From the NCBI GenBank assembly GCA_030295235.1, contig AP026167.1, positions 372,001-436,000 on the forward strand: a DNA stretch of 64,000 nt, read 5' to 3'. The translations under genes were made by a program, and so were the position numbers. Below the pieces are notes generated by a model. That model was not told the origin of the DNA. It saw only the letters and a list, made by a program, of their open reading frames with translations, and searched no databases. Below are positions 48,409-60,423 of this stretch, in pieces. This DNA comes from Fistulifera solaris. Taxonomy: Eukaryota. Every line of letters begins with the position of its first letter. The stretch's first letter is position 1.

Positions 48409-48888
48409 CAATTCAGTGATAAGCGTTTTGAAGAAGATGCAATGATAGTAAGGAAAGTAAACTACGGTTTTATCTTGCTCACAGGTTTGCGAATAAAAAA
48501 ATAAGTGTCCGCGGTCAACAAGGGGCTTGTGTTTGGTCACAATAGGGATCAGCATAGCAATCGAAGACGCACACTCTCTCTCAAAGCGTACCAGTACCCA
48601 GTACCAGGATAGTCTCAACGAATTTCCGACTCAACTGCTTTCAGTCACGAAACTTTTTTACAACTTTTTCGATGCCCTATCACGCCTTAGCGACTCTATT
48701 CAACCAAAAGTGTATGACAGTTGTGACTCTATCCGGCATATAAATGTTGTGTATGTTGTTAGATTGAAATAATCGTGAGTGCATTCCGTGGAATTTCATG
48801 AACATGAACGCTCTCTCAAACGGTAGGGTTGACAGTTTTCCAACACAGCTGAATTTCAGTCCACTTGACGAAACGGTCATTTTGCTTC

Positions 48889-49713
48889 TACAGAAATTCT
48901 CTGAAAATTCAAAAAGTTCAAGACGCGGTGCTGAACGTCTGTGTAAGCTCCAGAAATTCTGGACACGATGAATTTGTTCATACAGAAGTTCTGTGGACGT
49001 TTCAAAAAATTTGGATGCAATGTATTTAGTCACACAGAAATTCTGCGTTCTTTCCAGACGGTGATTTTGATCATACAAAAATTCTGTGTTTCTTCCAGAA
49101 ATTCTGGTAACGATGTAATTTGTCATACTTACATTCTCTGTACGTTCCATAGATTCCGGATATGATGTAATTGCTCTTGCAAACCTGCTGTGTTGTTCCA
49201 GAAATATGTTGTAATTGTCCATACAGATGTTTTGTTCAATATCCAAAAAATCTGGATACGGTGTATTTGGGACTGGCCCTCTACTAGAGCGCACTAAGGC
49301 TAGAGAGTTAGAACCAAAGCTTACTCAGAGAAGTGTCAGACTGAAATATATGTGAATGAAAAATGGAAAATTCAGTCGAATGTCAAGATTAGATTCTGAC
49401 GATTAAAAAATTAGGAATAATATTACTTGTGTAAAAAAAAAAATTTGGTCCTACCGAAATGCTGTGTTCGTTCTTGAAATTCTGGAAACAGTGGTTTTAA
49501 CATACAGCAATACTGTTTACCAGGTACTGTGCCTTTTCCAAAACTTCTGGATACCAGTGTAATAAGTCATACAGATATTGAGTCCGCTCCAGAAATTCTG
49601 GATACGGTGTTTTTGATCAAAGAATTCTGTGTTTGTTCCTGAGATTCTGGATTTGGTGTTTTGATCAAACAGAAATTCTGGAGACGGAGTATTTGATCAC
49701 ACAGAACTTCTGT
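48889..49713. repeat. Degenerate ~50-bp minisatellite in two blocks (48889-49270, 49455-49713)
   Basis: Approximate unit CCAGAAATTCTGGATACGGTGTATTTGATCATACAGAAATTCTGTGTTTGTT; recurring quasi-palindrome CAGAA(A/G/C)TTCTG. Confidence 0.75.
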
Positions 49714-50214
49714 ATACTCTCCTTACTTAACCTCAAATGGAGTACGAGAGAGGTCCAATGAAACGGTGTACCAGGTAGCTTGATATGTAAAGACCTACAC
49801 ACCCAGTATTTATTTGCAAGGGGTCTGGGCTTTTTGGACCTGAAATCTAGGTTTTTGTTGACAGAGTTGGGGCGATTGGTCGGGTGCGAAAAGAACAAAT
49901 AGCTTTCATGATACGTTAACACCTTCTTAAACCCACATGGTAGCATGCTATTTTTTCACTTGCTTATGACTTAATTTGGACTAGAAATTCCTTGCACATT
50001 TGAAGCGGCGGTACTTCAGGCAAACTGGGGACGTCCCTACAGAAAATAAAAGGGTCGATACTCGATACGTGACACGTAACAAAAGTGGGCGTTAAAATAC
50101 TCTAGACACGCTCTCAGCGCACTATACTACTCAAGATATTTAAAGCAAGTACTTAGTATCCTTTTCCTATAAGGGAAGTGGCTCTCCGTTAGAGAGCGGG
50201 CATTACAAAAATCA

Positions 50215-50653
50215 TTACGGATCATTCAATTTATGTACTTTTTTTGGCGTCGCAATCTTCTTTGACACCCAATTACAACCTTTTACAAACCCTTCCGACG
50301 TCTTTTTTGTTACTTTGTGTTTTTTATCGAATTCTTTTACTCGCTCCCCCCGCGTGAGATGCCATATTTCCGGTCGCCCTCGCGACATCACCTACAGCTC
50401 CCTTCCCCTTTGCAGCCACAGCAGCAGCCCCTCCTGCAGCCACAAGCCCTATGACAGGTCCAGCAAGAATCAATCCCGCAATACCACCTACAGCCGCGGC
50501 GCCACCTATTTGTCGACGGCGGTCTTGCGGCGGGCTCCTCGTCCCTTCGCGGGCTGGATTGACGCCATCTGTCTGGGTTCCTTGCTCTTCTTGATATTCG
50601 AAATGCACGTCCGGTTCCGCCCACGGTGAGGATGGTGTATTGGTGGAGGACAT
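50215..50653 (-). CDS. Small glycine-zipper membrane-associated protein
   Basis: GGAAAVGGIAGLILAGPVIGLVAAGGAA...GDVARATG. A frameshift in the C-run near 50346-50351 restores ERVKEFDKKHKVT...NWVSKK. Confidence 0.7.
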
Positions 50654-50820
50654 CTTGAATAAAAAGAGAAAATCAGTTTACCAAAGACAAAAGGGAAAGG
50701 TGAAAATGAATGCATTCGTGCCGTTTATTATTTTTGTGTTTCGGTTTGAAACTAGTCGCAGAATGGCGTGTGTCGCGCTGAACGCACGAATGAACAACGG
50801 CCGTATGGACGGACATTTCA

Positions 50821-52055
50821 TCAGTCACGCTGGGAATCACGAATCCGAATGTGTTCTTGAATAGCATCGCGGTGTGACAAAGTCACTTCTCCCAACTTTC
50901 TAACGTGAAAAATACGCGGTCGGTGCCGATTGGGTTCATAGGAAGACGAATGTTGCAACTGAGATTGAGCATGTAGCTCCTCCAGTCGGTCGCAACAGTG
51001 TTCTTGTATCGACACAACCGTTCCCAACACAGTGTACTCCAACAATTGATGAAAGCGTGACCAGGACTGGCCCCGATTCGGTTGACACATCCAAATGGAT
51101 CCACCCACGCGTGTATGTCGCAATATAGTCCATAAGAGTTGACCATGCCATTCTTCAAAGTGCGTGCAATCGGAGACCAAAGTTGAATCGACCGAGCAGA
51201 GCAAAGTCTCGTCGTCATAACTCCAGCGCAGAATACTGCATTGAATTTGGGACGTATCCACTGAATTAGCTTGTCGAAGGAGACGTAGATTGATACGATT
51301 GTTCCTAACACAGTCGATATGGCCATCGGTAATAAATATTTGTGAACAGATTCCGTCTCCTGCCAGTGCCGCTACACCTGCCATGCCAGCCCCCACTTCG
51401 AGCAGTGTCGTTCCCTGAGCCATGCGGCAAGCACCAGGTTGCCACAGATACCACGCCAGGACAATTTCGCAGTCCCAAACGCAAATGTTTCCCGTATTGT
51501 CGATGGCTTCTGTTTGTGCATGATGATGGCTCGTCAGCTCATGTAACGACTTTCGGGCGGTCCTCAATCGTTCTCTTGTATATATGTTTGCATGAGGCAA
51601 TGAGTAACATTTTACCTGCACATCATGTGCATCGACATGAGGAGTCAATAAAAGCATCGGCGACGGGTCACTCTGAAATTCTATCATATGCGGGGATAGC
51701 AATAGTTTTAATCGTTCTTGTTGTAAGTTTTGTCTGAAGGGTATCGTCCAAAGACTCCGTTTCGGGTCTAATGCCAGTAATGCCCACACTGTCAAAGCAA
51801 ATTGCTCTTCGTCACGCTCATCGTTTGAAGCATCTTCTAATGACTTTATCAAACTGTTTGTTTCATGAACCGGCTCACACGGAATTAAATGAGAACTATA
51901 ACCAGGAAATTGATGAATACTGTGAGCTTCTTTGGGTACAGCTTTTCTCAGTAGAGCTGCACGAAGTAGCTTCCAGCGACCTTTGCTCGAGCCGATTTAT
52001 CATCTGCTGCGGGTGAGAGAATGTGGTATGATAAGGGTGTTTCGTTATTTTGCAT
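50821..52055 (-). CDS. CAMKMT: Calmodulin-lysine N-methyltransferase-like (family 16 MTase)
   Basis: RWKLLRAAL N-terminal motif (frameshift near 51983), DNTGNICVW.CE..LAWY, LEVGAGMAG, ITDG, SDC. Confidence 0.8.
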
Positions 52056-52596
52056 GATAAGAACGTGATAATTGAAATGGTTTGTTGCTATCATTTTTTG
52101 CCAAAAATTGAATCCAAAATTCCAACGACGGACGATGCAAAGACCGTCCTTAAACTAGGGAGAGTCCTTATTGTCAAGCGGTCAGACCGCAAAATCTAGG
52201 GCCGCAAGACCGCCAATTGCATGCATTGCACAATGTTTTCGTCTTCGGTTAAAATAGATAGTAGTAAGCGCACTCGATTGACTCCATACTCCTTTGTTCG
52301 ATGTAATCGCCGGCTTGATCTACTGAATCGGTATAGGCAACAATCGACCAAGCCATGGTCTCATCACTTTCAGCATCTTTGTCAACGCACTTATCGTGGC
52401 TCTATTTCGGAACTCCTTGCGGACTGCATTTCAGTCACGAAGCATGATTACGAAGCGATGCATAATTCTTGCTCCACTCACCTGAAGCCGTTCTTCTGTC
52501 CTAGAAGCGGTTGAACTGATGCCCAACATGCATTCTAGGTAAAAACGGCTACAAATTCATCCATGTCTATGTGAGTTAGCGTGTATTATTGTTATA

Positions 52597-53865
52597 TTAT
52601 TTCCGGACAACTTGCTTTTCGTTGATAAAGAACCAATTCTCGTTGAATTGCTTTACAATTTCTTGCGTAAAGTTGGGCGTATCAATTTGTTTGTACAAAT
52701 GCCCTTGCCCTTGGGCTTCCAAACCCTGAACTAGTGCTTTCGTGGCTTTTTCCAATCGATAATGCGGTATTTTCTCAAAAAACAAATGATGTATAACGTG
52801 TCCATCCATCATGTGATGCGACATTCGATTGACCAACTTGCCGTAGTTTCGATCAACCGTTTCGAAAGCTCCTTTCTCAAATGTAAAAGTATCGTCGGTG
52901 TACAATTTGCCATCCTCACTGTGATGTTGTAGATACGTGACCATGAAGAGCCAAAAAGACATGACACACCAGGGAATCATACAAACAACGGTGAAATCAG
53001 CGGTTCCCATCGAATGCCATAGAGTCGCTGCCGTGGCTAAGGATACTGCAACCGAAATCAAACCGTTGCGTTTTTCGGCATCCGATTCACCCTTCCACAT
53101 TCGTCCGTACAACCAAACATGTCCACCATCGGGTACACCCAAAACGAGATAGACGAAGTACAGAATGGGCAATTGCAAGTTCCGACTCCAATGACTGTGT
53201 TTGATTAGCGGATGTAACTGATCCCGATCTTCTCGAATGAACCACTGATGTGAATAGTCACGTGTCAAATGATTGTGACCAAGGTGGTGTTTCTTGTGTG
53301 ACTTGGCCCACGGCACAAAGGGCGTCAAGCAAAAGACGGAATGCGCGATTTCCCCTACCACGCGATTGATTGTCTTGGATTTGGAAACAACCGAATGACC
53401 GGCATCGTGGCCAATGCACCACATGCACCAGAGTGCGAACCCGGACAAGATTTGCAGGGGTGCCGCCATGGCGGCTTGTAGGATCCAGGAGGACTCGTGA
53501 TAGACGTCTGAAGTGACGACGGTATACAAAAATCCCATGGAAGCAAGGACGGCTACCGAGTCCACGGCAAAGTAAAATAATGATGTGGGTGTATGAATAT
53601 CAAATGTCTCTTTGGGTAACATTTTCATAATCGTCCCGACTTTGGGCGGGCCTTTGGGGACGACAGGGTCTAGATACAAATCATTCTCATCGAGTTCTGG
53701 TTGCATTGGGGTGGGTGACTGTGAAGTTGTAGTGAAGGGAGTCGCTGTACTCTGTAACGCCGATCGGCTCAAACCATAATATGTGGTATGAGTTGATAAT
53801 GACGAGAATCCCCAGCACGATGTCGTCGTAAAAACGACTGCGAGGCAGTATCGATTCACCAGCAT
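52597..53865 (-). CDS. Plastid-targeted membrane fatty-acid desaturase (delta12/omega-3 family)
   Basis: His boxes HDAGH, HKKHH, HVIHH; VTYLQH, TVDRNYG, IPHYRL. Bipartite leader ..SCWG-FSS. Confidence 0.92.
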   Translation of the reverse strand: MLVNRYCLAVVFTTTSCWGFSSLSTHTTYYGLSRSALQSTATPFTTTSQSPTPMQPELDENDLYLDPVVPKGPPKVGTIMKMLPKETFDIHTPTSLFYFAVDSVAVLASMGFLYTVVTSDVYHESSWILQAAMAAPLQILSGFALWCMWCIGHDAGHSVVSKSKTINRVVGEIAHSVFCLTPFVPWAKSHKKHHLGHNHLTRDYSHQWFIREDRDQLHPLIKHSHWSRNLQLPILYFVYLVLGVPDGGHVWLYGRMWKGESDAEKRNGLISVAVSLATAATLWHSMGTADFTVVCMIPWCVMSFWLFMVTYLQHHSEDGKLYTDDTFTFEKGAFETVDRNYGKLVNRMSHHMMDGHVIHHLFFEKIPHYRLEKATKALVQGLEAQGQGHLYKQIDTPNFTQEIVKQFNENWFFINEKQVVRK

Positions 53866-54353
53866 AATGTTCAATAAAATCAACTCTATGTACAAGATAA
53901 ACAGTAACGCGCGCCTTTATGTCTCTACACGAGTTCGTCTCGCGTTCGTTTTCGCTTTTTAAAGAAAGAAGGTGCGCTTGTGGTGGAACAGAAGTAAAAC
54001 AATAAAACGTGGCCGTGTGGTCTTCGCGTGTGTCTTTTCTTCAAAATGTGGCATTGCGAAAGTGACGTGGTGATCGGCATCTTGTGGTCTGTCGTTTGAC
54101 CGGAAAAATGAGGCCATGACTTTTATGACACGACATAGTTTATCGACCATACGCCGTATGCCGTATGCGTACCTGGTACGTACCAATGCAGCAATGCAGC
54201 AATGATCGTTTTGTTGATGGCAATGAAAGATACGGAGTATTGTTTTGCGGTGCAAAAATTCTTCGTTGTTTCATTGCAGATAAATTCATCAACGATATTA
54301 TAAACTCCTTTGAAACTACTAATATCTTCAAAAGAGGCAAATATCCCTCACAA

Positions 54354-56474
54354 ATGAAAAGCTTCTTGCGAATTGTGTATCTCATCCTTCTCTGGATTGC
54401 ATTCGCGTCCAAAGCAACATCAGCGACATCCTCCTCGCGAAAACTCTTCTCCCCCCGATGGGCGCTGTGGTCAAAGGAAACGAATAATAATGACAACAAC
54501 AAGCGAACGCGGTTCTTGTCGATATTAGAACGGCTAGGGGCAACAAGCGTTAGCGATACTTCATTGAATGAAAGCGAAAAGACGAATAGGAAACGCCGTC
54601 GTCGCAACAAGCGAGGCGATGATGCAACGGATAACGCAACGCCTCCAAAGAGCCCCTTTTCCTTCTTTCGACGACCGTCGAAAAGCACAAAGCCGACTCC
54701 TGTAGATGCTGCCGCTGCGGCAGATGTGCCCACGAGCAAGGCTTCGAAACGATTGACTATGCCATGGCAACGTCGGAAGTCTCTGGAAACGATCGAATCA
54801 TCCCATGATTCGACGAAGAATGTTACAACCACGACGAATGTTACCGAGAAAAGCCGTGAACTTGTTTTGTCTGATGCGCCCTCCCCGAACGCCACGACAA
54901 GTACGAACAACCCAACGAAAAAGAAAAGGTGGGGTCTTTTTCGAAAACGTCCATCGCCACAAACCCCCGAACCAACACCATCTAGCGCGAAAAATATTGT
55001 GAATACATATGTTTTGACAGACGGAGTGGAAACTGTAGAGGGTAATATAACATCATCCACAGATGAAGTAACGAATGGGACTGCTGCATTCAACACGACA
55101 GACACAAACGTCAATTCTACCATTTCCATCACGACGAATGCGACTACTACGAACGAAAGATCTACTCCACAGTCGCAATTAGTAAGCCCGACTGGCATTG
55201 TGATTTCTCAATTTCCGCCCTATGGGAACACTCCTCAACGGTACTACCGAAAACAACAACCGGGTGGACCTCTCAATAATATGTCACAACAGAACAGCGT
55301 AATATTAGCGGAAGTGCTCGTTTCCATCTTTGCGACGGCGACACGCTTGTGGTTTTTGACGTGGTTGGCACGAAGACTGGCGTCACAGGAAGAAGCCATT
55401 CAGCCAACACAGCACTTTGTCTGGGAACGACTGAATGATCGTTTTCAGCGTGATAGCTCGGCATTGAGTAAAGCATTGCAAGCACCTCCGGAAGGAATCA
55501 GTGTAGGGCAATGGAGGCGGGATCATGTTTGGAAAGTACACTCCCGCAAACGACAAGAACGAATAGACTTGGCGTCTGTTTTTACTCGAACCGTGGTAGT
55601 CATTGAGTTGAGTGACGATCCCAAGGAGGGCATCAGTCTAGAACAAATGCCTGAAGTCGTCACATTTTTGCTACAACAGCACCGCAGCGGTGCGTTCGGG
55701 ACATACAAAAGTACGGGACGTCCCATGGAAGTGGAAGTCGTGTTTTTAGTACAATCACCAGGCGGAGGTGTATCTACGTTCGGTCTGGCGGCCTCGCAAA
55801 TGCGCCGATTGTCGAACGTTGAGGGCATTACCACAACAGCGGTGGTAGACAAGATAGCCGCTTCTGGAGGGTACATGATTGCCTCTCAGGCGCACAAACT
55901 GTTAGCGGCACCTTTTTCTTCATTAGGGTCAATCGGTGTCATGATGGAAGGCTTGAACTTTAACGAATTAGCAGAAAAGTATGGCATCAAGCCTCTGATA
56001 CTCAAGGCCGGAACCAACAAGAATCCATTATCGACATTCGGACGTGTTTCGGACAAAGACATCCGCAACGAAGAAGAACGATTAGCCGCGGTTCATGAAG
56101 CATTCAAAGAACTGGTTGTGGAAGGCCGTCCCGCCTTGGGTGACGTGCTGGATCGTGTCGCGGACGGATCTGTCTTTTTGGGCAAGGAGGCGTTCGATTT
56201 GCAGATGATTGACGGTATCATGACGTCGGATGAATACATTTTGGAACGAATTTTTGCCAACGACCGAGTATTAAAACTGCACCGCTCTTACCAGGCCCGC
56301 TTCCCAAGACGGGTACTTCAAATATCACCGTTGGACCTGTTGCCGCATCTAAAATCAAGGATCAGACAAATGAATGCTAAACAACTTACCAGCTTACTTG
56401 CTGCTGCTGTGCAGGTCGGTGGTATAGTGGGAATTTTGCAGCAAGTTCTCAGTTCCTTCCACTTGAAAAGCTAA
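54354..56474 (+). CDS. Peptidase S49 (SohB/SppA-like) with signal peptide and long low-complexity N-terminus
   Basis: SPGGGV..FGLAASQ..RL, VDKIAASGGYMIAS, APFS.LGSIGV, AGTNK. Confidence 0.9.
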   Translation: MKSFLRIVYLILLWIAFASKATSATSSSRKLFSPRWALWSKETNNNDNNKRTRFLSILERLGATSVSDTSLNESEKTNRKRRRRNKRGDDATDNATPPKSPFSFFRRPSKSTKPTPVDAAAAADVPTSKASKRLTMPWQRRKSLETIESSHDSTKNVTTTTNVTEKSRELVLSDAPSPNATTSTNNPTKKKRWGLFRKRPSPQTPEPTPSSAKNIVNTYVLTDGVETVEGNITSSTDEVTNGTAAFNTTDTNVNSTISITTNATTTNERSTPQSQLVSPTGIVISQFPPYGNTPQRYYRKQQPGGPLNNMSQQNSVILAEVLVSIFATATRLWFLTWLARRLASQEEAIQPTQHFVWERLNDRFQRDSSALSKALQAPPEGISVGQWRRDHVWKVHSRKRQERIDLASVFTRTVVVIELSDDPKEGISLEQMPEVVTFLLQQHRSGAFGTYKSTGRPMEVEVVFLVQSPGGGVSTFGLAASQMRRLSNVEGITTTAVVDKIAASGGYMIASQAHKLLAAPFSSLGSIGVMMEGLNFNELAEKYGIKPLILKAGTNKNPLSTFGRVSDKDIRNEEERLAAVHEAFKELVVEGRPALGDVLDRVADGSVFLGKEAFDLQMIDGIMTSDEYILERIFANDRVLKLHRSYQARFPRRVLQISPLDLLPHLKSRIRQMNAKQLTSLLAAAVQVGGIVGILQQVLSSFHLKS

Positions 56475-56509
56475 GCAAAAATAATAAAATAATTTGCAAG
56501 AACAAAAGC

Positions 56510-58136
56510 TAACATTGAAGCTTCTTTTTCTTAGTGGACGGATTCAAACGAGCAATTTCACGTTCACTCGTCAATTTTTTGACTTTTTTCGGCCGCGAAC
56601 GAACTCGGTTGCCAAATACCTGGACCGCGCCGTAGTTGAAGGACCCAAGCTAACATGCCGCCGATGTTCACAGGGAAGGCGGCAGTGCAGGAAAATGCCA
56701 TATAAGATTATCTGCCCCATGATTGTAATTGATATATTCTAACGCCTCTAAAACAAGTTTGTAGTGCCCGCACAGGAGTACCATGTTCCCCGAATTTCTA
56801 CGCAAGACTCGTGCAATTTCATTCAACATCAAAGGTAGCAATCGCTGGAGTTTGTTGGTGTTGAGACACAATCTTCCAAATGGAAAATCCGACACAACCG
56901 CATCGACAGTACCCGTTCGAATGGGGAGATTCGCCGCATCCCAAGCTATTAATGTAGCCGCAATTCGTTGTTGTTCGTTCCGTATAGCAGCCGAATAAGT
57001 GGTGGCTTGCGGTCCGAGCAATGATGGTGTCAAAACAATATCTCCTCCCAATCCGACATATTTCAAATAGGCGCATTCGTGAGCAATGGTACCAATACCC
57101 ACACATGGATCCAAAACTATGGCTCCGGGTTTCAATCCCGCCAAATGCAACAGTAATTGCGCCGTCGAGGGTCGCAACCGAACGATTCCCGTCAGTGTCA
57201 TGTAGGGCGGAGCCACATCCGGTGGTAAAATTCCCGACGAAAAGAATGGCACCCAAGGTATTGATATGGATGTAAAGCCAAACCAACGGCAAATTGATGA
57301 CTGGAATGATCTGTTTCATCTTCTTTCAAAAACAAGACGATTTCCACATCATAATATTTCAGATCCACGGTCCAAGAGGAAGGAACTAAGTCGTTGGCAA
57401 CGGCCATGATCAAATCTCGTCGTGAATACGTAGGATCATCGGGTCGCATGCAACTTATGCGGAATTTCAAGCCAGGATTGTCTGTGTCAGTGCTGGCAAA
57501 CCACAAATCATCCACAAACCGTGAATCGTCTGTTACGCGTTGAGAAACATCTTTCCAGTTAGAGAGAGCCGCTTGTCTCCATATTCGTAAGGCAGATGGA
57601 AATTGTTGTTTCCGATACGAATCGGAACGCAAACAGGATTGTATAACTTCCGCCATTTCGTGCAGTGTCGTGATTCGTTGGTTGGAACCTGATAACTTCC
57701 AGGATCCCACCAAGGCCGTAACGGGACCGAGCGCTCGCTGATTCGCTACATCCGACGCTGGTACTGCAGTGGCAAATTGCCACCACATATACGAATGCTG
57801 TCCCGGTTTCGTCCAAATCACAGTTCGATCTGAATTATAGCCAATACTAATGTCGGGTTTTGTCTGGGAATGCACGGTCCCAATGGGCGCCGCAACAGAG
57901 CCCTTTCGCCAAGTGGTGTTTTCTTGAGTTAGATCGTCATGAGAATAGGCCTCCGATTCACTGACCCAAATGGACTGTTGCAGGAGAATTCTTTGCTGCA
58001 CCCATTCCGTGATGGCGAAATGAAGACCCCGGGGAACGAGTGTCATATATTGACAAGCGCACTCCGTCGTGCTGTCCACTGTAAATGATAGAAGGTCTAT
58101 ACAATCCTTGTGTTTTAAGGCAGCGGTTTTATCCAT
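56510..58136 (-). CDS. THUMP-domain/UPF0020-type RNA methyltransferase-like protein
   Basis: FRISC.R, WTVDL..YDVEI, LRPSTA, VLDPCVGIGTI, DAVVSDFPFG. Frameshifts near 57232 and 56690; 3' end approximate. Confidence 0.78.
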
Positions 58137-58686
58137 GATAACGCAAACAGCGGAGTAATAATCATCGAATGAATGAATGCATCAGAAATGAATGGGGAAA
58201 AAACTTGAAATTGTCAGGTATCGCATTTCAACAAGCTTGTACTCTTGGAGAGTGCAGTAGAGGATTCTTGTCTCAATTGGATTGCAGTCCCGGCATCCAT
58301 TAATCAAGCTTTTTTGCTGCCCTGACCAGTTATACTGCCTAAATTTACACACAGTCTGGAGAAAAATTTCCAAGATAAGATTGTTCAAGCCACCTAACTT
58401 ACTAATGGCTGAAAGCTGTTCTCTAGCAGCCGAGCCGAAGCATTGCTCTACTTGACAAGGTTTAAGCAAAACGTGGCTCACAACAGATCTAGCATCGATA
58501 CCCTGTATTCTCTGAATGGCTTAAACAACAATTGAAGCCTTGCTGAAAGCGTCCGCACCCTTCCGACTACTCTTTGAATGTATTGTTTCTGATTCTTTCC
58601 GTGTGCGGTTCAGAATTTACGGAATGACCTAGAGACAGGAAACTAATTAAGAGCTATTATTGGTGTCGCTTTTATCCAAATGTTTC

Positions 58687-60000
58687 TTATTTTTGTTGGG
58701 CCAATGATTTTAACAGTTCCATCCAAACCGAGGATGGCGGCGTTTCTCGCCAAGCATCGTCTAGTATTTTTCGGAGCGAATCACCATTTGGAGCATACAC
58801 GCGTTGTCGCCATTCCTCTCCATCGGGAAAGTAATTCCATATCCACGAATCTTCTGCTGGATATTGTTGATAGAAGGAACGCCACTTCCACAACAGACCC
58901 GCTAGCAAATACGCATCCCGCATGCGACTCGACTTGTCTTGCAAAATTGTTTTTGTCTTTGTTACATCACTCAAAATCCATTTCGAATCGAGAGGAAGGT
59001 CGGTCGCCGTCATGAAACGAAATGGTAACTTCGGTTTATCCAACCACATGGTCAAATCCGCGTGCGTCGATAAATGACAAGGTTGGATCGATGGATGCGA
59101 ACCGATCCAGTGTTCGGTGGCAAACCGGTCTTCACCTCGGGTATCGCGTTTTTCAGCAAAAATAGCACCCCGAATTTCCGTGGGACGCTGCGAGAGCATG
59201 GCATCGGTCCGTGCCTCGAATTCGTTCGGAGCAATCAGTTGCTGCACATAATCACAACGAGCAGTAAAGAAATTTCCCGGATAAAAAAGCGTCCAAACGG
59301 GTTGAAAGAGCAAGCCGCAGGTTGAACATTGCTGATCCGTGATACGATCGAGACAGAGTTGGTCAGTAATGGCCCGCGTCATGTGTCTACGCCATTTTTC
59401 TCTCCGTTTCCCACCATTGTACGATCCCTTGTTATGCAGATAAATCATTTGCCGATCAGGAAATTTTCGACAAAATTGGTACGCGTCTTGTAACGTAATT
59501 TCTTCAAAGCCTCGTTGATAGTGTGCCATGTGGACACAAGTCAAGCCGAGGGCTTGACATCGGGTCTGAACGGTTTGTGCGAATGCTGGACCGTGCAAAA
59601 AGGCGTGACCGACAGTATTATAGTACAATACAAGAGGAATCGTAGCCGCATGGGACTCTCCAATTTGCTGTATTTGTTCGAGCACGATCGTTGCAAAGAA
59701 GGATGTATCATTTTGTCTAGGATCGCCGTAAATGTTGTAAAAGACAGCCCGCAATGCGTCTTGTTGTTGATGAAATGGATCCGCTGTTATGATCGTTTGT
59801 ACAGCGTTCACTGAGACTTTGGCTTCTTCCGGCACGGCAGCGGGAGAGTGGGAGAAGTCTTGCAGCAATTCGGTCGAATACAGGATGGCATTGTTTTGCC
59901 ATACTATCAATGAGATGATTCCGAGCAATAGAAATACAAGAAAGCTCGTTATTATCATAAAAATCCGTGCGTTTCGTGTTTGTTGCCTCTTGATTATCAT
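58687..60000 (-). CDS. Type II membrane protein, glycosyltransferase-like family of unknown function
   Basis: N-terminal TM helix; FEEITL, YLHNKGS, GNFFTARCDYV, RFATEHWIGSHPS motifs; intact 437-aa ORF. Confidence 0.7.
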   Translation of the reverse strand: MIIKRQQTRNARIFMIITSFLVFLLLGIISLIVWQNNAILYSTELLQDFSHSPAAVPEEAKVSVNAVQTIITADPFHQQQDALRAVFYNIYGDPRQNDTSFFATIVLEQIQQIGESHAATIPLVLYYNTVGHAFLHGPAFAQTVQTRCQALGLTCVHMAHYQRGFEEITLQDAYQFCRKFPDRQMIYLHNKGSYNGGKRREKWRRHMTRAITDQLCLDRITDQQCSTCGLLFQPVWTLFYPGNFFTARCDYVQQLIAPNEFEARTDAMLSQRPTEIRGAIFAEKRDTRGEDRFATEHWIGSHPSIQPCHLSTHADLTMWLDKPKLPFRFMTATDLPLDSKWILSDVTKTKTILQDKSSRMRDAYLLAGLLWKWRSFYQQYPAEDSWIWNYFPDGEEWRQRVYAPNGDSLRKILDDAWRETPPSSVWMELLKSLAQQK

Positions 60001-60423
60001 TTTAGAATCAGTGAGAGATTTTGATAAATGAAATGAATTAAAGTGGAGACGCTGTTCGCTCTTTTTTTGTCAATCAATAACGTTTGCGTTCATTTTTTCA
60101 CCTGTCGCATCTCTCTATTATTTTCTCGCTTTATTCTATTACTACGTATCTTATTATCTTACCGGTTCTGCTTTTGTCCGTTTTTGTCGAAACTCCTCAA
60201 AATTGTAGGAACGGCTAAACGTCGGCTTCCTGTTTTTTGACAACAACACGAGAGGCTCGTATCTTTTGGTCGACGCTCTTGATCGTTCTCTTCTCCTGTT
60301 TCCACCAAGTTTCCACCTTATCGCTGGTATTAGCATGCATCGATCTGCTTTTCAAAGTCGATGTGTGAGACACCTGCGAATTCTTTTATAGAGCTCACGA
60401 CTAGTTAGGATACTGCATCAAAA

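Noticed and set aside
48680..49294. 204-aa minus-strand ORF
   Set aside because: Translation of the degenerate minisatellite; no recognisable domain.
48889..49713. CRISPR array or heat-shock-element array
   Set aside because: Repeats are degenerate, spacers are mutually related, there are no cas genes and the context is eukaryotic. GAAnTTC spacing differs from the canonical HSE GAAnnTTC.
50821..52055. Lysine methyltransferase as modifier of the silaffin-like proteins
   Set aside because: No signal peptide, CaMKMT-type motifs, and more than 20 kb from the array.
54140..55198. 352-aa antisense ORF
   Set aside because: Shadow of the low-complexity N-terminus of the S49 peptidase.
58182..58481. 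DCNPIE resembling the Tc1/mariner SPDLNPIE motif
   Set aside because: Single short match with no other DDE motifs or TIRs.
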